The notes: generated by a model from the sequence alone, not told the origin. A stretch of DNA of 64,000 nucleotides from an uncultured bacterium (GCA_963702025.1 OY969699.1:992001-1056000), one strand, 5' to 3'. Counted from the stretch's first letter, positions 39,887 through 49,771 are shown. A program made the numbers and translations.

Positions 39887-40594
39887 TCAATTATTTGCTG
39901 GCGGTGTAACGATCAGTAATCCAATATCTCTTTGTGTGCCATCGTAATGCCCTGAAAAGAATTTTTCGAATACCGGCCAACGTCTATGATACAGCAATGT
40001 GATATTGTTAGATTGTAAAATTGATTCGCACGCACAAAAAAATGCTATCTCTTTGAGTAAATATTGAGATCCTTCATCAAGCACGGCTTCTGTTACAACT
40101 TGCTTTTTCTGGCTATATCCCTCAATAACTTTTGCTGTTTCTGCGCGCACATCTTCATAGAACTCTCTATTATTCTTATAGAGCGCATTAATATATGCAA
40201 GCTGCTCCCGGTATTGTGCAACATGTTCAATATCGTGATTCCAGTCCATAATTTGAAAATCAGTTGAAAGATATTCCTCATTGACGGCTTGAACAACTCG
40301 CGCGCTATGATTTTTGAGCCCATTTCCTTTTTGGCGTGCTTTTCGTGCTGCCAGGATTGGGGGGTAGCCAAGCGCCATATAGGTATGCGTTGCAGGGATG
40401 TCGGGAGTCCAAATAATCACTTTGGTGAATTCTTTTGCGGCAAAAGCGATAAGATCATGAATGATTTGCTCTTTAAAATAGCTATTGCCGGGGCTCATGC
40501 CAATAATAGCAGTTCCTTTGTTTTGAGTGGCTTTGTAGCCATTTTCAAAGCATTTTCCGGGTAAATTCTTGTGTATCTCCATAAAAACCTCCAT
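39887..40594 (-). CDS. tRNA-dependent cyclodipeptide synthase (CDPS, NYH type)
   Basis: IGMSPGNSYF (catalytic Ser, Asn), HTYMALGY, YLLKE (Tyr/Glu), LYHR. Confidence 0.9.
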   Translation of the reverse strand: MEVFMEIHKNLPGKCFENGYKATQNKGTAIIGMSPGNSYFKEQIIHDLIAFAAKEFTKVIIWTPDIPATHTYMALGYPPILAARKARQKGNGLKNHSARVVQAVNEEYLSTDFQIMDWNHDIEHVAQYREQLAYINALYKNNREFYEDVRAETAKVIEGYSQKKQVVTEAVLDEGSQYLLKEIAFFCACESILQSNNITLLYHRRWPVFEKFFSGHYDGTQRDIGLLIVTPPANN

Positions 40595-40597
40595 CTA

Positions 40598-41344
40598 TTA
40601 ATTATTTTCAGATAGAAATATTATAGCAAGGAAAAGAAGGCTTGGCAAGGGGGCTATTGCTTTAAAAGCCGAAGGATTTGGGTTTGTGGCAATATAATCT
40701 AAGATAGTTTGGGCGGCTTCTTGAGGTGTCATTTTCGAGGTATCAATTTCAAGATCATATTTTTTACCGTGCGAATGAACCAGTTCAATGAGTGATCGGC
40801 CCAGACCAATTACTCGGTCATTTCTTTCATGTTCACGCTTTTCTATCACTTCCACGGGAGCCTTAATCCCAATAAAATAAACGATATGATCTTTTAATAC
40901 TTCAAGGTAATCAGTTAAACGATTGTTTTCAAACAGAACTTCATCGACAATAATTTTATTACCCGTATCGGCAAGTGCTTTGATGCATAATGGCATCGCT
41001 TTAAAAAGACGTTTGCCATATTCACCAATGTGCAATTTGATTGGTTGTTCCGGGTCTTTTGTAGTTTCAAAGAGAAGGCCGTCATGCGCTCTAGCGCCAT
41101 GGATCATAAACTGCGGTGGCAACATCTCTAAAAAAAATGAATCAATTCCGGTATATATGAGCGGATCTTGAGAAAGCGTTTGTAACGCTCGTGAAATTGA
41201 GGTTTTTCCGCTGCTGCTTGTCCCATTCAGAAATATGATGAATGGTTTATTTTCGATATGATTTTGTTCCATTGTTTGGCAAGCGAATGTTAAAAACAGT
41301 ATGCCCAGCAAGGCAGTGATCTTTAATTTATGCTGATGGTCAAT
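40598..41344 (-). CDS. CPT-like P-loop kinase with signal peptide (start uncertain)
   Basis: FLNGTSSSGKTS, GIDSF, IIVDE, REHERNDRVIG, YDLEIDTS; the ORF-track start overlaps the next gene. Confidence 0.85.
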   Translation of the reverse strand: MDHQHKLKITALLGILFLTFACQTMEQNHIENKPFIIFLNGTSSSGKTSISRALQTLSQDPLIYTGIDSFFLEMLPPQFMIHGARAHDGLLFETTKDPEQPIKLHIGEYGKRLFKAMPLCIKALADTGNKIIVDEVLFENNRLTDYLEVLKDHIVYFIGIKAPVEVIEKREHERNDRVIGLGRSLIELVHSHGKKYDLEIDTSKMTPQEAAQTILDYIATNPNPSAFKAIAPLPSLLFLAIIFLSENN

Positions 41345-41360
41345 TGGCTTGCTTAAAAAC

Positions 41361-41996
41361 TTATGGCTTTGGATCAAAGTATCGCCGTTTGTAGTGCTGC
41401 AATTCTTTGAGTGCTTCAAGTGCATTGCCATGCGCGCTAGGCTGCTCGGAGCTAACATATAGACCTCGGGGATCCCAAAGCTGGACCAACTCGGTGATTG
41501 GAAATCCAAATGCTTTTATGCTGATACGCTTTGCAAGATCGCCCATTTCGTCTTGCATGATGTCACCGCGACCCCAGAAATCATTCATATAGGCTTCTGG
41601 TTTTAAGTTCGGAAAATGCGTATCAATAAATGAAATAAGCGCAGCTTCGGCCTTATGACTTTCTACTGTTGCTGCTTTTAATTTTTCCAACAATCCTGAC
41701 TTGGCATATTCTTCTTTTAATGGGCCTTCTATCCGTTCCAAAAGCCATGCCGGTCGTTTAATTATATATGACTCGCTTTCAATAATATTCAACTGCTTAT
41801 CAGTAATAATTGCCGCAATCTCTAATACGCGATTATCTTTTTTTTGATCAAATTGCCGATTTGAGGTTTTGCAACCGAGCCACAGCAGTTTTTTGTCCTG
41901 CTGCGCAGGATTTTGTTCTTGTTGCTCCATTGCATAAACGAGTGGACTTATAACTAACATTATTACGATGTATGCATTGAGACCTGTATTCTTCAT
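41361..41996 (-). CDS. Secreted degenerate oligoribonuclease (Orn)-like protein
   Basis: LLWLGCKTS...RVLEIAAIITDKQLNII, KSGLL, ELVQLWDP, EALKELQHYK; catalytic acids missing. Confidence 0.8.
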   Translation of the reverse strand: MKNTGLNAYIVIMLVISPLVYAMEQQEQNPAQQDKKLLWLGCKTSNRQFDQKKDNRVLEIAAIITDKQLNIIESESYIIKRPAWLLERIEGPLKEEYAKSGLLEKLKAATVESHKAEAALISFIDTHFPNLKPEAYMNDFWGRGDIMQDEMGDLAKRISIKAFGFPITELVQLWDPRGLYVSSEQPSAHGNALEALKELQHYKRRYFDPKP

Positions 41997-42067
41997 CCTA
42001 ATTCCTTGTTAAAAATTATTTCGTTATACTTATCATCATTCAAATATTACGATAGAGGAAAACAAAA

Positions 42068-43078
42068 ATGAATCATTTGAAAATGTATAGTATTTTCTTG
42101 TGCGGTGCAATGTTCTTAGGCAATGCGCGAGCGCGCACCATCGATCCACAAACACGCACATTTCTTGATGCGTATTGCGCGCAAGATATACATCTTGCAG
42201 AAATTCCTCTTGTAGAATTTCGTGCTGATGAAACATTGTTTGCTCCGGAACAACCAATGCCGGTATTTAATGCCCAAGATATTTCTATCGAAGGCGATTA
42301 TGGGCCATTTGCCTTACGCATATATCAGCCAAAACAATCAGATAATCCACTGCCGATGCTTCTTTTCTTTCACGGTGGCGGATGGGTGTGGGGCAGTCTC
42401 AATAGCCACGATGGATTTTGCCGAGAATTGTGCATGCGTGCCAGCGTGATCGTAATTTCAGTTGATTATCATCGCGCGCCAGAATATAAATTTCCTGCAG
42501 CAATAAGTGACTGTTATACCGCGGTCTGCTGGGTTGCTCAAAATGGCAAGCAATTTGGTGGCGATACTTCGAGGATCGGTGTTATTGGCGATAGCGCCGG
42601 CGGCAATCTTGCCGTGGCAGTCTGCCTTATGGCGCGGGATCAACAGTTTCCGCCATTGCAGTATCAGATTCTTATGTATCCGGTGCTTGATTATAATTTT
42701 GAACGCCCATCATACCAAGAAAACGGGGCCGGTTATTTTCTTACCACACCAAATATGCGATGGTTTTGGCATCAGTATCTTGCTGATATTGAGAGCGATC
42801 AGAGCAATCAATATGCGGTGCCTTTACGTGCTGAAAATACTCATAATCTGCCACCGGCATTTTTGTTACTCGCCGAATTTGATCCGCTCCGCGATGAAGG
42901 ATTGGCTTATTATAAACGGTTGCAAGAGGTGGGTAATGATGCGCAATGCAAGATCTATAATACTATTCACTGCTTTATCGGTTTTGGGCGTTATTTGGCT
43001 ATTGGAAGAGTAGCAATCGATGACATAATTGCATATATCGCATTAAAGAATAAGAACTTACAAAAAGCAGATGGTTAA
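42068..43078 (+). CDS. Esterase/lipase, hormone-sensitive-lipase family
   Basis: FHGGGW, GDSAGGNL, DPLRDEG, IHCF. Confidence 0.92.
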   Translation: MNHLKMYSIFLCGAMFLGNARARTIDPQTRTFLDAYCAQDIHLAEIPLVEFRADETLFAPEQPMPVFNAQDISIEGDYGPFALRIYQPKQSDNPLPMLLFFHGGGWVWGSLNSHDGFCRELCMRASVIVISVDYHRAPEYKFPAAISDCYTAVCWVAQNGKQFGGDTSRIGVIGDSAGGNLAVAVCLMARDQQFPPLQYQILMYPVLDYNFERPSYQENGAGYFLTTPNMRWFWHQYLADIESDQSNQYAVPLRAENTHNLPPAFLLLAEFDPLRDEGLAYYKRLQEVGNDAQCKIYNTIHCFIGFGRYLAIGRVAIDDIIAYIALKNKNLQKADG

Positions 43079-43716
43079 TCATGAGTATTTACCATAAGCC
43101 TATGAGTCTCAGGATTGTTTTGTGCTGGTAGATTGCCAAGCTCATTTTCCATTAAGAAAGTCATCTGTTGCACTGATAGCTCAAAATCATCATTGATGAT
43201 GCAATAATGATGCATTTTTTGCATTTCTTCATCAACAATTTCTTTTTTTGCTTGTTTGAGGCGCTTTAGAAGCTGTTCGGAATCTTCGCTATTGCGTTGA
43301 AGAAGACGTTTTTCAAGTTCATTGAGTGGAACAGTGAGCCAGATTAAAATCGCATTTTTAATCATTTGGGACATATTTTTTGTCCCGTTACGATCCAAAA
43401 TAACGATAAGATTCTTGCCGTCCCTGAGATCATCTATCAAAGAGCATGGACAGCCATATTGCTTATTTAAATAATCGTTGGTATCAATAAAAAAACCGGT
43501 TTCCTGCTTTGCCGCAAATTCTTCCTGCGTTATGAAGTGATAATCCTTTCCATGGACCTCAAAAGGACGAGGTGCTCGACAGGTATAGGTAATCACTTGA
43601 GATACCGATGCATGTCTTGCTATTTTTTGTATTGCTGCAGTAACCAAACTTGTTTTCCCGGAGCCACTTGGCCCATAGACTAAAAATAATTTACCTTTAT
43701 AATCTGCTTGGTTCAT
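43075..43716 (-). CDS. gmk: Guanylate kinase
   Basis: GPSGSGKT, TYTCRAPRPFEVHGKDYHF, YG, LEKRLLQRNSED. Confidence 0.85.
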   Translation of the reverse strand: MNQADYKGKLFLVYGPSGSGKTSLVTAAIQKIARHASVSQVITYTCRAPRPFEVHGKDYHFITQEEFAAKQETGFFIDTNDYLNKQYGCPCSLIDDLRDGKNLIVILDRNGTKNMSQMIKNAILIWLTVPLNELEKRLLQRNSEDSEQLLKRLKQAKKEIVDEEMQKMHHYCIINDDFELSVQQMTFLMENELGNLPAQNNPETHRLMVNTHD

Positions 43717-43729
43717 AAGTTCTCATGAT

Positions 43730-44383
43730 TTAAGAATTATTTTTTTTCTCATTCATAATTTTCAAAGCAGCTTCTCTGGCGTTTAGATGAATGAATGCGA
43801 TATGGCTAGAAAGAGGTGTAAAACCATTTAGGTGTAATACTTGCTTGCAAGCAGTTTCAAGTGCAGCTTTATTAGCTTTTTCGAATGCATCTTTATATTG
43901 CTTTCGATTATCTATTATTTTTTGGATTGATGCTTTTAGTGAATCTTTTTTTGTTTGATATGAAACAAAGTCAAGATCGAGATTCTGATCAAAAAGAATA
44001 AATCGGGTTTCTTGAATAGTCTTTATATGGTCGGATGTAAAATCATTGAACGGGTTCTCTAGCCATTGTGCACCTTTATGTCTATCTTCATCGAGAATCT
44101 GTTCTTTGTGCTCAACTAACATGTTTATCACGCGCATTGCCTGGCTGTGGGGCAATGAATAATAAATGCCTTCTTTTTCTAAATCAGCAAAAACAACAGA
44201 ATTATTTACATCGATTGCAATGGTGCCGGAGATATATGCCTCAACAAATGATTTTGCTTGATGCATGTTCTGGGCAAGATCGAGCGTGGCCATTTCGCGT
44301 ATTCGTATTTTTGGTGAGGCGTTTTCCATGGGATAAAGAATGCTTATGAAGAGCAGTGATAGGGAGAAAAAATGTCTTTTCAT
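43730..44383 (-). CDS. Secreted hypothetical protein
   Basis: Signal peptide ending LYP-ME. Confidence 0.7.
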   Translation of the reverse strand: MKRHFFSLSLLFISILYPMENASPKIRIREMATLDLAQNMHQAKSFVEAYISGTIAIDVNNSVVFADLEKEGIYYSLPHSQAMRVINMLVEHKEQILDEDRHKGAQWLENPFNDFTSDHIKTIQETRFILFDQNLDLDFVSYQTKKDSLKASIQKIIDNRKQYKDAFEKANKAALETACKQVLHLNGFTPLSSHIAFIHLNAREAALKIMNEKKNNS

Positions 44384-44482
44384 TGCAATATTCCTTTATA
44401 GGGTTGAAAAGTAAATTGTAGTTAATTGTAGCTATTGTTAATCAGAAGTAAAGAGTGTGTGATAACCTATAAAAGAAGATCG

Positions 44483-44545
44483 TTATTAAAGAGTTCTTTA
44501 ATAAGATAACAAAATCATCATAGTTATTAAAGAATCCTTTAATAA
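44483..44545. promoter_or_regulatory. Pair of 22-bp palindromes, candidate operator
   Basis: TTATTAAAGA-GT-TCTTTAATAA (44483-44504) and TTATTAAAG-AATC-CTTTAATAA (44524-44545) in the divergent intergenic region. Confidence 0.55.
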
Positions 44546-44640
44546 GAGGCGGGCAGTTTCTCAACTCATCATGGAATTCATTTTTCATTGATTTCATGAG
44601 AAATCATCATTAAGCTCTAAATATAATCGAAAACACAAAA

Positions 44641-46074
44641 ATGGAAAACATGGCAAATACCCCCTTTTATGGAAGAATTGACGAACTTAATCGGCTCAAT
44701 ATTTTATTGAACAAAAAATCCTCTAGTTTGATAGTGATTAAAGGAAGAAGGCGGATTGGCAAAAGCCGTCTTATTGCGGAATTTAGCAAAGAATTAAACT
44801 CATTAATGTTTATCGGTTTGCCGCCGGAAAAAAACATTACCGCGCAAACACAGCGCGACTATTTTGTACAACAAATGCAGCGATTATTAAAGATTGGGGA
44901 AATTAAAACGGACGATTGGGGAGATATCTTTTGGCGCCTTGCACAAGAGACTGCCCATGGTCGGGTGATACTGGTTCTTGACGAAATTAACTGGATCGGT
45001 TCTTTTGATCATACTTTTTTGGGAAAATTAAAATCCGCATGGGATCTGTATTTCAAAACTAATCCCCAACTGATATTAATTCTGAGCGGATCGATGTCCA
45101 GCTGGATCGATGAGAATATATTAAGCAGTACCGGTTTTATGGGAAGAATCTCACTTGAATTAACTCTCGATGAGCTGCCATTGCCGGTATGCAATCTTTT
45201 TTGGAGAAAGAAGGCAAAACTAATTTCCCCCTATGAAAAGTTTAAAGTGCTTTCGGTTACCGGAGGAGTGCCCCGTTACCTAGAGGAAATAGATCCCGAT
45301 CTTTCAGCTGAAGAGAATATTTACAACCTAGCCTTTACCAAAGGGGGCCTGCTTGTTCAAGAATTCGACCGGATTTTTTCAGATCTTTTTTCAAAACGGT
45401 CGCAGCGGTATAAGCAGATTGTTGAAAGACTCATCGAAGGAAGCGCAACACTTGATCAGATCTGTAATGCAATAGATTTGGAAAAGGGTGGTACTATAAG
45501 CGAATACCTTGAAGATTTAGTGGAAACCGGTTACGTCATTAAAGATCACACATGGAACATTAAGGATGGCCGGGAATCAAATTTATGTAAATTTCGCTTA
45601 AAGGATAACTATCTCCGTTTTTATCTGAAATATATTGAGCCTAATCACGCGCACATTGAAAAGAACAGAATAAAAAATCCGCCGGCTTGGACAACCATTA
45701 TGGGGATCCAATTTGAAAATTTGGTTCTGAATAATTTTCATCGTGCGTACGCACTTCTTGGCATTGATGCGAGTGAGGTTATTTATGATAATCCCTATTT
45801 TCAACGGGCAACCAAAGAGCGGTCCGGATGTCAGATTGATTATTTGATTCAAACCAAATTTAATACATTGTATGTTTGTGAAATTAAATTTTTAAAAGAA
45901 CCGATTGGTCCGGGAATTATCAAAGAAGTACAAGAAAAAATCGATCGGCTTTCTTATGCAAGAAATTTTTCCGTCAGGCCCATTTTAATTCATGTTAACG
46001 GGGTTAAAGATTCAGTGATTGAAAGAGATTTTTTTGCAAAAATAATCGATTTTGGGAAATTTTTGGCAAATTAA
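44641..46074 (+). CDS. AAA+ (archaeal-type) ATPase with winged helix and C-terminal PD-(D/E)XK/DUF234-like domain
   Basis: FYGRIDEL, GRRRIGKS, LVLDE, TGGVPRYL, QIDYLI...YVCEIK. Confidence 0.88.
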   Translation: MENMANTPFYGRIDELNRLNILLNKKSSSLIVIKGRRRIGKSRLIAEFSKELNSLMFIGLPPEKNITAQTQRDYFVQQMQRLLKIGEIKTDDWGDIFWRLAQETAHGRVILVLDEINWIGSFDHTFLGKLKSAWDLYFKTNPQLILILSGSMSSWIDENILSSTGFMGRISLELTLDELPLPVCNLFWRKKAKLISPYEKFKVLSVTGGVPRYLEEIDPDLSAEENIYNLAFTKGGLLVQEFDRIFSDLFSKRSQRYKQIVERLIEGSATLDQICNAIDLEKGGTISEYLEDLVETGYVIKDHTWNIKDGRESNLCKFRLKDNYLRFYLKYIEPNHAHIEKNRIKNPPAWTTIMGIQFENLVLNNFHRAYALLGIDASEVIYDNPYFQRATKERSGCQIDYLIQTKFNTLYVCEIKFLKEPIGPGIIKEVQEKIDRLSYARNFSVRPILIHVNGVKDSVIERDFFAKIIDFGKFLAN

Positions 46075-46097
46075 AAATCGCTTATGAGGAGTTTGCT

Positions 46098-47138
46098 ATG
46101 ATGCGTGTAATGTTTTTGAGCATTCTGCTTACGTGTACTAACAGTGTATGGCCTATGGAAAAAGTTGCAGAGCCGGCCAGCCCTAATCAACAGCTTTTTA
46201 ATGAATATGTTGCAGCCTGCCAAACCGGTAATGAGCGGGCGGTGTTAGATAAACTTGCTCAAGCAGATGAATATAGAAAAAAGATCTGTTGGTTTAGCCT
46301 TTTTTTTGACCAGGTGGCAGGGGATAGTGTTGCTAATGATAGTGTGCTTTGTGAGAATGGTTTACGAAAAACTGCGGTGAATGATACCATTCCCGATCTT
46401 ACTAAAATCAAACAAGCATTGAGCGATCTTTGTACCGAGTCTACCCTGCGGACTGTTTTACGAAATGTCTTATTATTTAAAACATTTGAGTTGGTTAAGC
46501 ACAAAAATGCAATAAAAAAATTGCTCGATGGTGAACGGCTCGATAAAGAAGTGTTGCGTGAAATTGCAACGGATGCAACGCGTCTGGCAGCCCCGGAGGT
46601 GATAGAATACATGATTGATAGATACCCTGCGTTGATGCTGGAAAAACGGGTTTGGCAATTTGCTTTTCATAATTATGGCGACAGTGCTCGATTTAAGAAT
46701 CCGAATCCTCAGGATATCTGGCATGAACCAAAATCATTGAGTTGTATAAAAAAGCTCCATGCTCATGCGCATGCATCGAATAAAATACCGCATACCCTCT
46801 TGCATGATCATGTGCGAGCCATTGAGCCAAGCGAAGCTGTTATTGCCTGGTTTTTAGAGAATGGATATAACCCCAATGAAAAAAATGAGCAGGGATACAC
46901 TGCATTGGATGTTCTTTATCTTGAGATTAATCAAATTGATAATGACGGCAGTGCCATACCTTCCCGGAGCGCTTTAGCAGCAGCGCAGAAATTAATAGAG
47001 GCCGGCGCGCGGTTTGGGTCTCGACAAAAAGTAACCCGTGTAATTGCGCAAGCGCTCAATAATCCTGATAAAAGAGATGTCGAAAAAATGAATATAAGGG
47101 AAATGAAGAAATTGTTGCAGGGAATGCAGCAACTTTAA
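46098..47138 (+). CDS. Secreted protein with C-terminal ankyrin-like repeats
   Basis: Signal peptide ending VWP-ME; FLENGYNPNEKNEQGYTALD. Confidence 0.75.
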   Translation: MMRVMFLSILLTCTNSVWPMEKVAEPASPNQQLFNEYVAACQTGNERAVLDKLAQADEYRKKICWFSLFFDQVAGDSVANDSVLCENGLRKTAVNDTIPDLTKIKQALSDLCTESTLRTVLRNVLLFKTFELVKHKNAIKKLLDGERLDKEVLREIATDATRLAAPEVIEYMIDRYPALMLEKRVWQFAFHNYGDSARFKNPNPQDIWHEPKSLSCIKKLHAHAHASNKIPHTLLHDHVRAIEPSEAVIAWFLENGYNPNEKNEQGYTALDVLYLEINQIDNDGSAIPSRSALAAAQKLIEAGARFGSRQKVTRVIAQALNNPDKRDVEKMNIREMKKLLQGMQQL

Positions 47139-47235
47139 TTGCTGGTAGTGTAACTAAAAAAGATAGTTCAAACTAGTCTCATCTCTTGGTATACTGAAGA
47201 AAATAGCGACTAATCCTCCCAAAAATGAGAAATCT

Positions 47236-47466
47236 ATGGTAAAAAAAGGGCTTTATAAGCATTACAAAAATAAGCTATATGAAGTTATTGGCACTGCGCG
47301 CCACTCAGAAACATTAGAAGAATTGGTAGTGTACCGCGGACTGTATGATGACCCGAAGTTTGGACATCAGTCTCTCTGGGTTCGGCCGGCACAAATGTTT
47401 CTGGAAGAGATAGAGATTGATGGAGTTATGAAGCCACGATTTGAATATCAACAGCAGAATACATAA
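47236..47466 (+). CDS. DUF1653 family protein
   Basis: GLYKHYK..YEVIGTARHSETLEELVVYR.LY...LWVRP..MF...PRF. Confidence 0.9.
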   Translation: MVKKGLYKHYKNKLYEVIGTARHSETLEELVVYRGLYDDPKFGHQSLWVRPAQMFLEEIEIDGVMKPRFEYQQQNT

Positions 47467-47481
47467 AAGGAAGATAATCAT

Positions 47482-47892
47482 ATGATTTTTATAAAACACG
47501 TTTTTTTTGTGATTGGTTTTTTGTTCATGATTCGGCTATGCGGTATGCACGAGGCTGAAAAGCTAGACGTATATCTTCATGATAAATTCACCATTAAAAT
47601 AGGAGAAGGTGGGCATGAGGAATCCCTACAACCTATATCCACCACTTATGGTTATTATCTTGATGAAGAAAGTGAAAAGATTATCAAATTTGTTGATGAC
47701 GAGTACAAAGCTGATCGAATAACACGTGAGATGTATCATCCTACTGAATATTTGCCGGGCCCTGGACCCAAAGGGGGGCGGATCCATGAGTTTATCTTTA
47801 AAGCGAAAAAAGCAGGAACTGCCCGGATCATTCTGAGAAATACACAAAAGCCGCAAGAAATAACAAAAATCTACCAGGTAACTGTTAATTAA
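47482..47892 (+). CDS. Secreted protein, possible chagasin/I42 inhibitor-like fold
   Basis: Signal peptide; FTIKI...STTYGY...GG...FIFKAKKAGTARIIL...YQVTV. Confidence 0.55.
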   Translation: MIFIKHVFFVIGFLFMIRLCGMHEAEKLDVYLHDKFTIKIGEGGHEESLQPISTTYGYYLDEESEKIIKFVDDEYKADRITREMYHPTEYLPGPGPKGGRIHEFIFKAKKAGTARIILRNTQKPQEITKIYQVTVN

Positions 47893-47902
47893 GAATAATC
47901 AC

Positions 47903-48508
47903 ATGTCAAAAATCCTCTATCTTGCATCAAAATCGGCATCACGTAAAATATTGCTACAAAAAGTTGGCATTCAGTTTCAAATCTTAGAACAAGATGCTGA
48001 TGAATCGCAATGCGATTGGGGCATGCCGCTTCACAAAGTGGTAGAAAGTATTGCGTTACAAAAAATGAATCATGTTATCATGCCGGCGGGCAAAGAAGGG
48101 CAGATTGCCTTTGTGGTTACTGCCGACACGTTGAGTGTTGATACCACCGGTGCTATTCGCGGCAAACCGGTTGACCGAGCCGATGCCTTGAACATGTTAC
48201 ACAATGCGCGCGGGGCCAATAATCTGTGCGGCACTGCATTTTGTTTGGATAAAAAAGTTTATCAAGAGGGCAAGTGGCACACGCAAAAAAGAATCCTTGG
48301 TTATGCGCAAGCATTCTATACTTTTGACATTCCCGATTCGTGTATCGATGATTATATTCGGGATGCGGAGGCTCTTAATGCTGCCGGCGCTATTAAAATT
48401 GAAGATGGTGCTCAGTTTGTTCAATCAATCAACGGATCATATACTGCCATTGTGGGCTTGCCGATTTTTGAATTGTGGCAGGCGCTGCGGGAGATCGGAT
48501 TTTTTTAA
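47903..48508 (+). CDS. maf: Maf-family nucleotide pyrophosphatase
   Basis: LYLASKSASRKILL, ADT, GKP, AGA, INGSYTAIVGLP. Confidence 0.9.
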   Translation: MSKILYLASKSASRKILLQKVGIQFQILEQDADESQCDWGMPLHKVVESIALQKMNHVIMPAGKEGQIAFVVTADTLSVDTTGAIRGKPVDRADALNMLHNARGANNLCGTAFCLDKKVYQEGKWHTQKRILGYAQAFYTFDIPDSCIDDYIRDAEALNAAGAIKIEDGAQFVQSINGSYTAIVGLPIFELWQALREIGFF

Positions 48509-48523
48509 TGAACTTCCCTATTT

Positions 48524-48672
48524 TTAAATAAAATACCTCGCTTTGGGTAATGTGAGTAATGGAGAAGTTTCATTTTTTTGCTCTTGCAGTAGTTCCATTG
48601 CATGAACAGTCCCAACGTTGTTATAAAAAGTGGTATAAATAATAGTTTTTTGAATGTCACGATTTCTCTCAT
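48524..48672 (-). pseudogene. Frameshifted remnant of a secreted F-box-type gene
   Basis: MREIVTFKKLLFIPLFITTL continues in another frame as GTVHA-MELLQEQKNETSPLLTLP, then stops. Confidence 0.45.
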
Positions 48673-48751
48673 TAAATTAATTTTTTCTTAGCAAGAAATA
48701 ATTCTACGAATTTATTTTTGCGGATTGCGTAGTCAACCGCGGTTACGCCAT

Positions 48752-49207
48752 TTAAATCGGGCATATCACTGTCTGCGCCGTGATTAAGCAAGAGGGTATT
48801 AAATAAGCCGGACCCAGATCAATTACTCTTTTTAATAAAGCGTTCGAATATTTATTAAAATCGACAAAATCTAAGAAGATGATATCTAATTCTTTGGTTA
48901 AACGGCTAATATGTACTGCCATTGTATGCGGGACTCTTTGGAATTTAGATTCCGTATCTTGAAAGATATTTACGAATGAATATGTTTCATTATATATTTG
49001 TTCATCAACGTTCTGATAGTCGCGTTTATACCGTTCCTTCAGAATGATAATTGCTTCGAGATATGTTTTGCCTTGTGCCTGAAGAGCATTCAAGTCAGAG
49101 TTTATTTTTGTTCTGGATATTCTTTCTTGTGGCAAATCCATGCTGTGTGTTAAGGAAGTGGCAAGCAATGGTGTAAGTATTAACAGTTTGATTTTCCTGT
49201 GTTCCAT
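48752..49207 (-). CDS. Secreted hypothetical protein
   Basis: Signal peptide ending THS-MD. Confidence 0.65.
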   Translation of the reverse strand: MEHRKIKLLILTPLLATSLTHSMDLPQERISRTKINSDLNALQAQGKTYLEAIIILKERYKRDYQNVDEQIYNETYSFVNIFQDTESKFQRVPHTMAVHISRLTKELDIIFLDFVDFNKYSNALLKRVIDLGPAYLIPSCLITAQTVICPI

Positions 49208-49771
49208 CTATATTAATTTTTCTTTTTTAAAGACAAGCAAATCTAATTGGTTTTTTTCTAAGGCAATATCGTAGGCGGATTTGCCATCTTGATTTGGTAC
49301 AAAGATGTCAGCGCCATTGTCTAAGAGAATTTTTAATTTACAGGGGTATTGGATAAGTACTTCTTGAAGCAATGTTTTCTTTTGATTTGGTATATTTATG
49401 TCTATGCCAGTTTTAATGTGTGTTTTTAAAACTGCTTCAAATGAAGGGTAAAAATAATAACTTCCTTCTATGAACTTGTTGATTGCAGCATGTTGCAATT
49501 TTTGATTATCACATTCTTTAAATAGACTGACAATCATTCTTGCATGCTCAAGCTTGCCGATTAATAAATAAAGTTCATAATAATTAATTAAATCATCTAT
49601 ACTCGATTGCTCCCCTGATTTTATGAGCTGTTTCAAATAATCTAAATTATTTTCTATAAGTGCTGAGGTTATTTTATTTTTAATCTCATCCTCAGGTTTA
49701 ATCATCGCCTGCGATGAAGCAGCTATAAGAAGTGATCCAAGCGCACTAAAAATAAGATTTTTATAATTCAT
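49208..49771 (-). CDS. Secreted ankyrin-repeat protein
   Basis: ILLDNGADIFVPNQDGKSAYDIA; signal peptide ending SQA-M. Confidence 0.8.
   Translation of the reverse strand: MNYKNLIFSALGSLLIAASSQAMIKPEDEIKNKITSALIENNLDYLKQLIKSGEQSSIDDLINYYELYLLIGKLEHARMIVSLFKECDNQKLQHAAINKFIEGSYYFYPSFEAVLKTHIKTGIDINIPNQKKTLLQEVLIQYPCKLKILLDNGADIFVPNQDGKSAYDIALEKNQLDLLVFKKEKLI

Noticed and set aside
41345..41509. Long N-terminal extension of the CPT-like ORF given by the ORF track
   Set aside because: It overlaps the Orn-like gene on the same strand; the signal-like segment begins only after that gene's stop.
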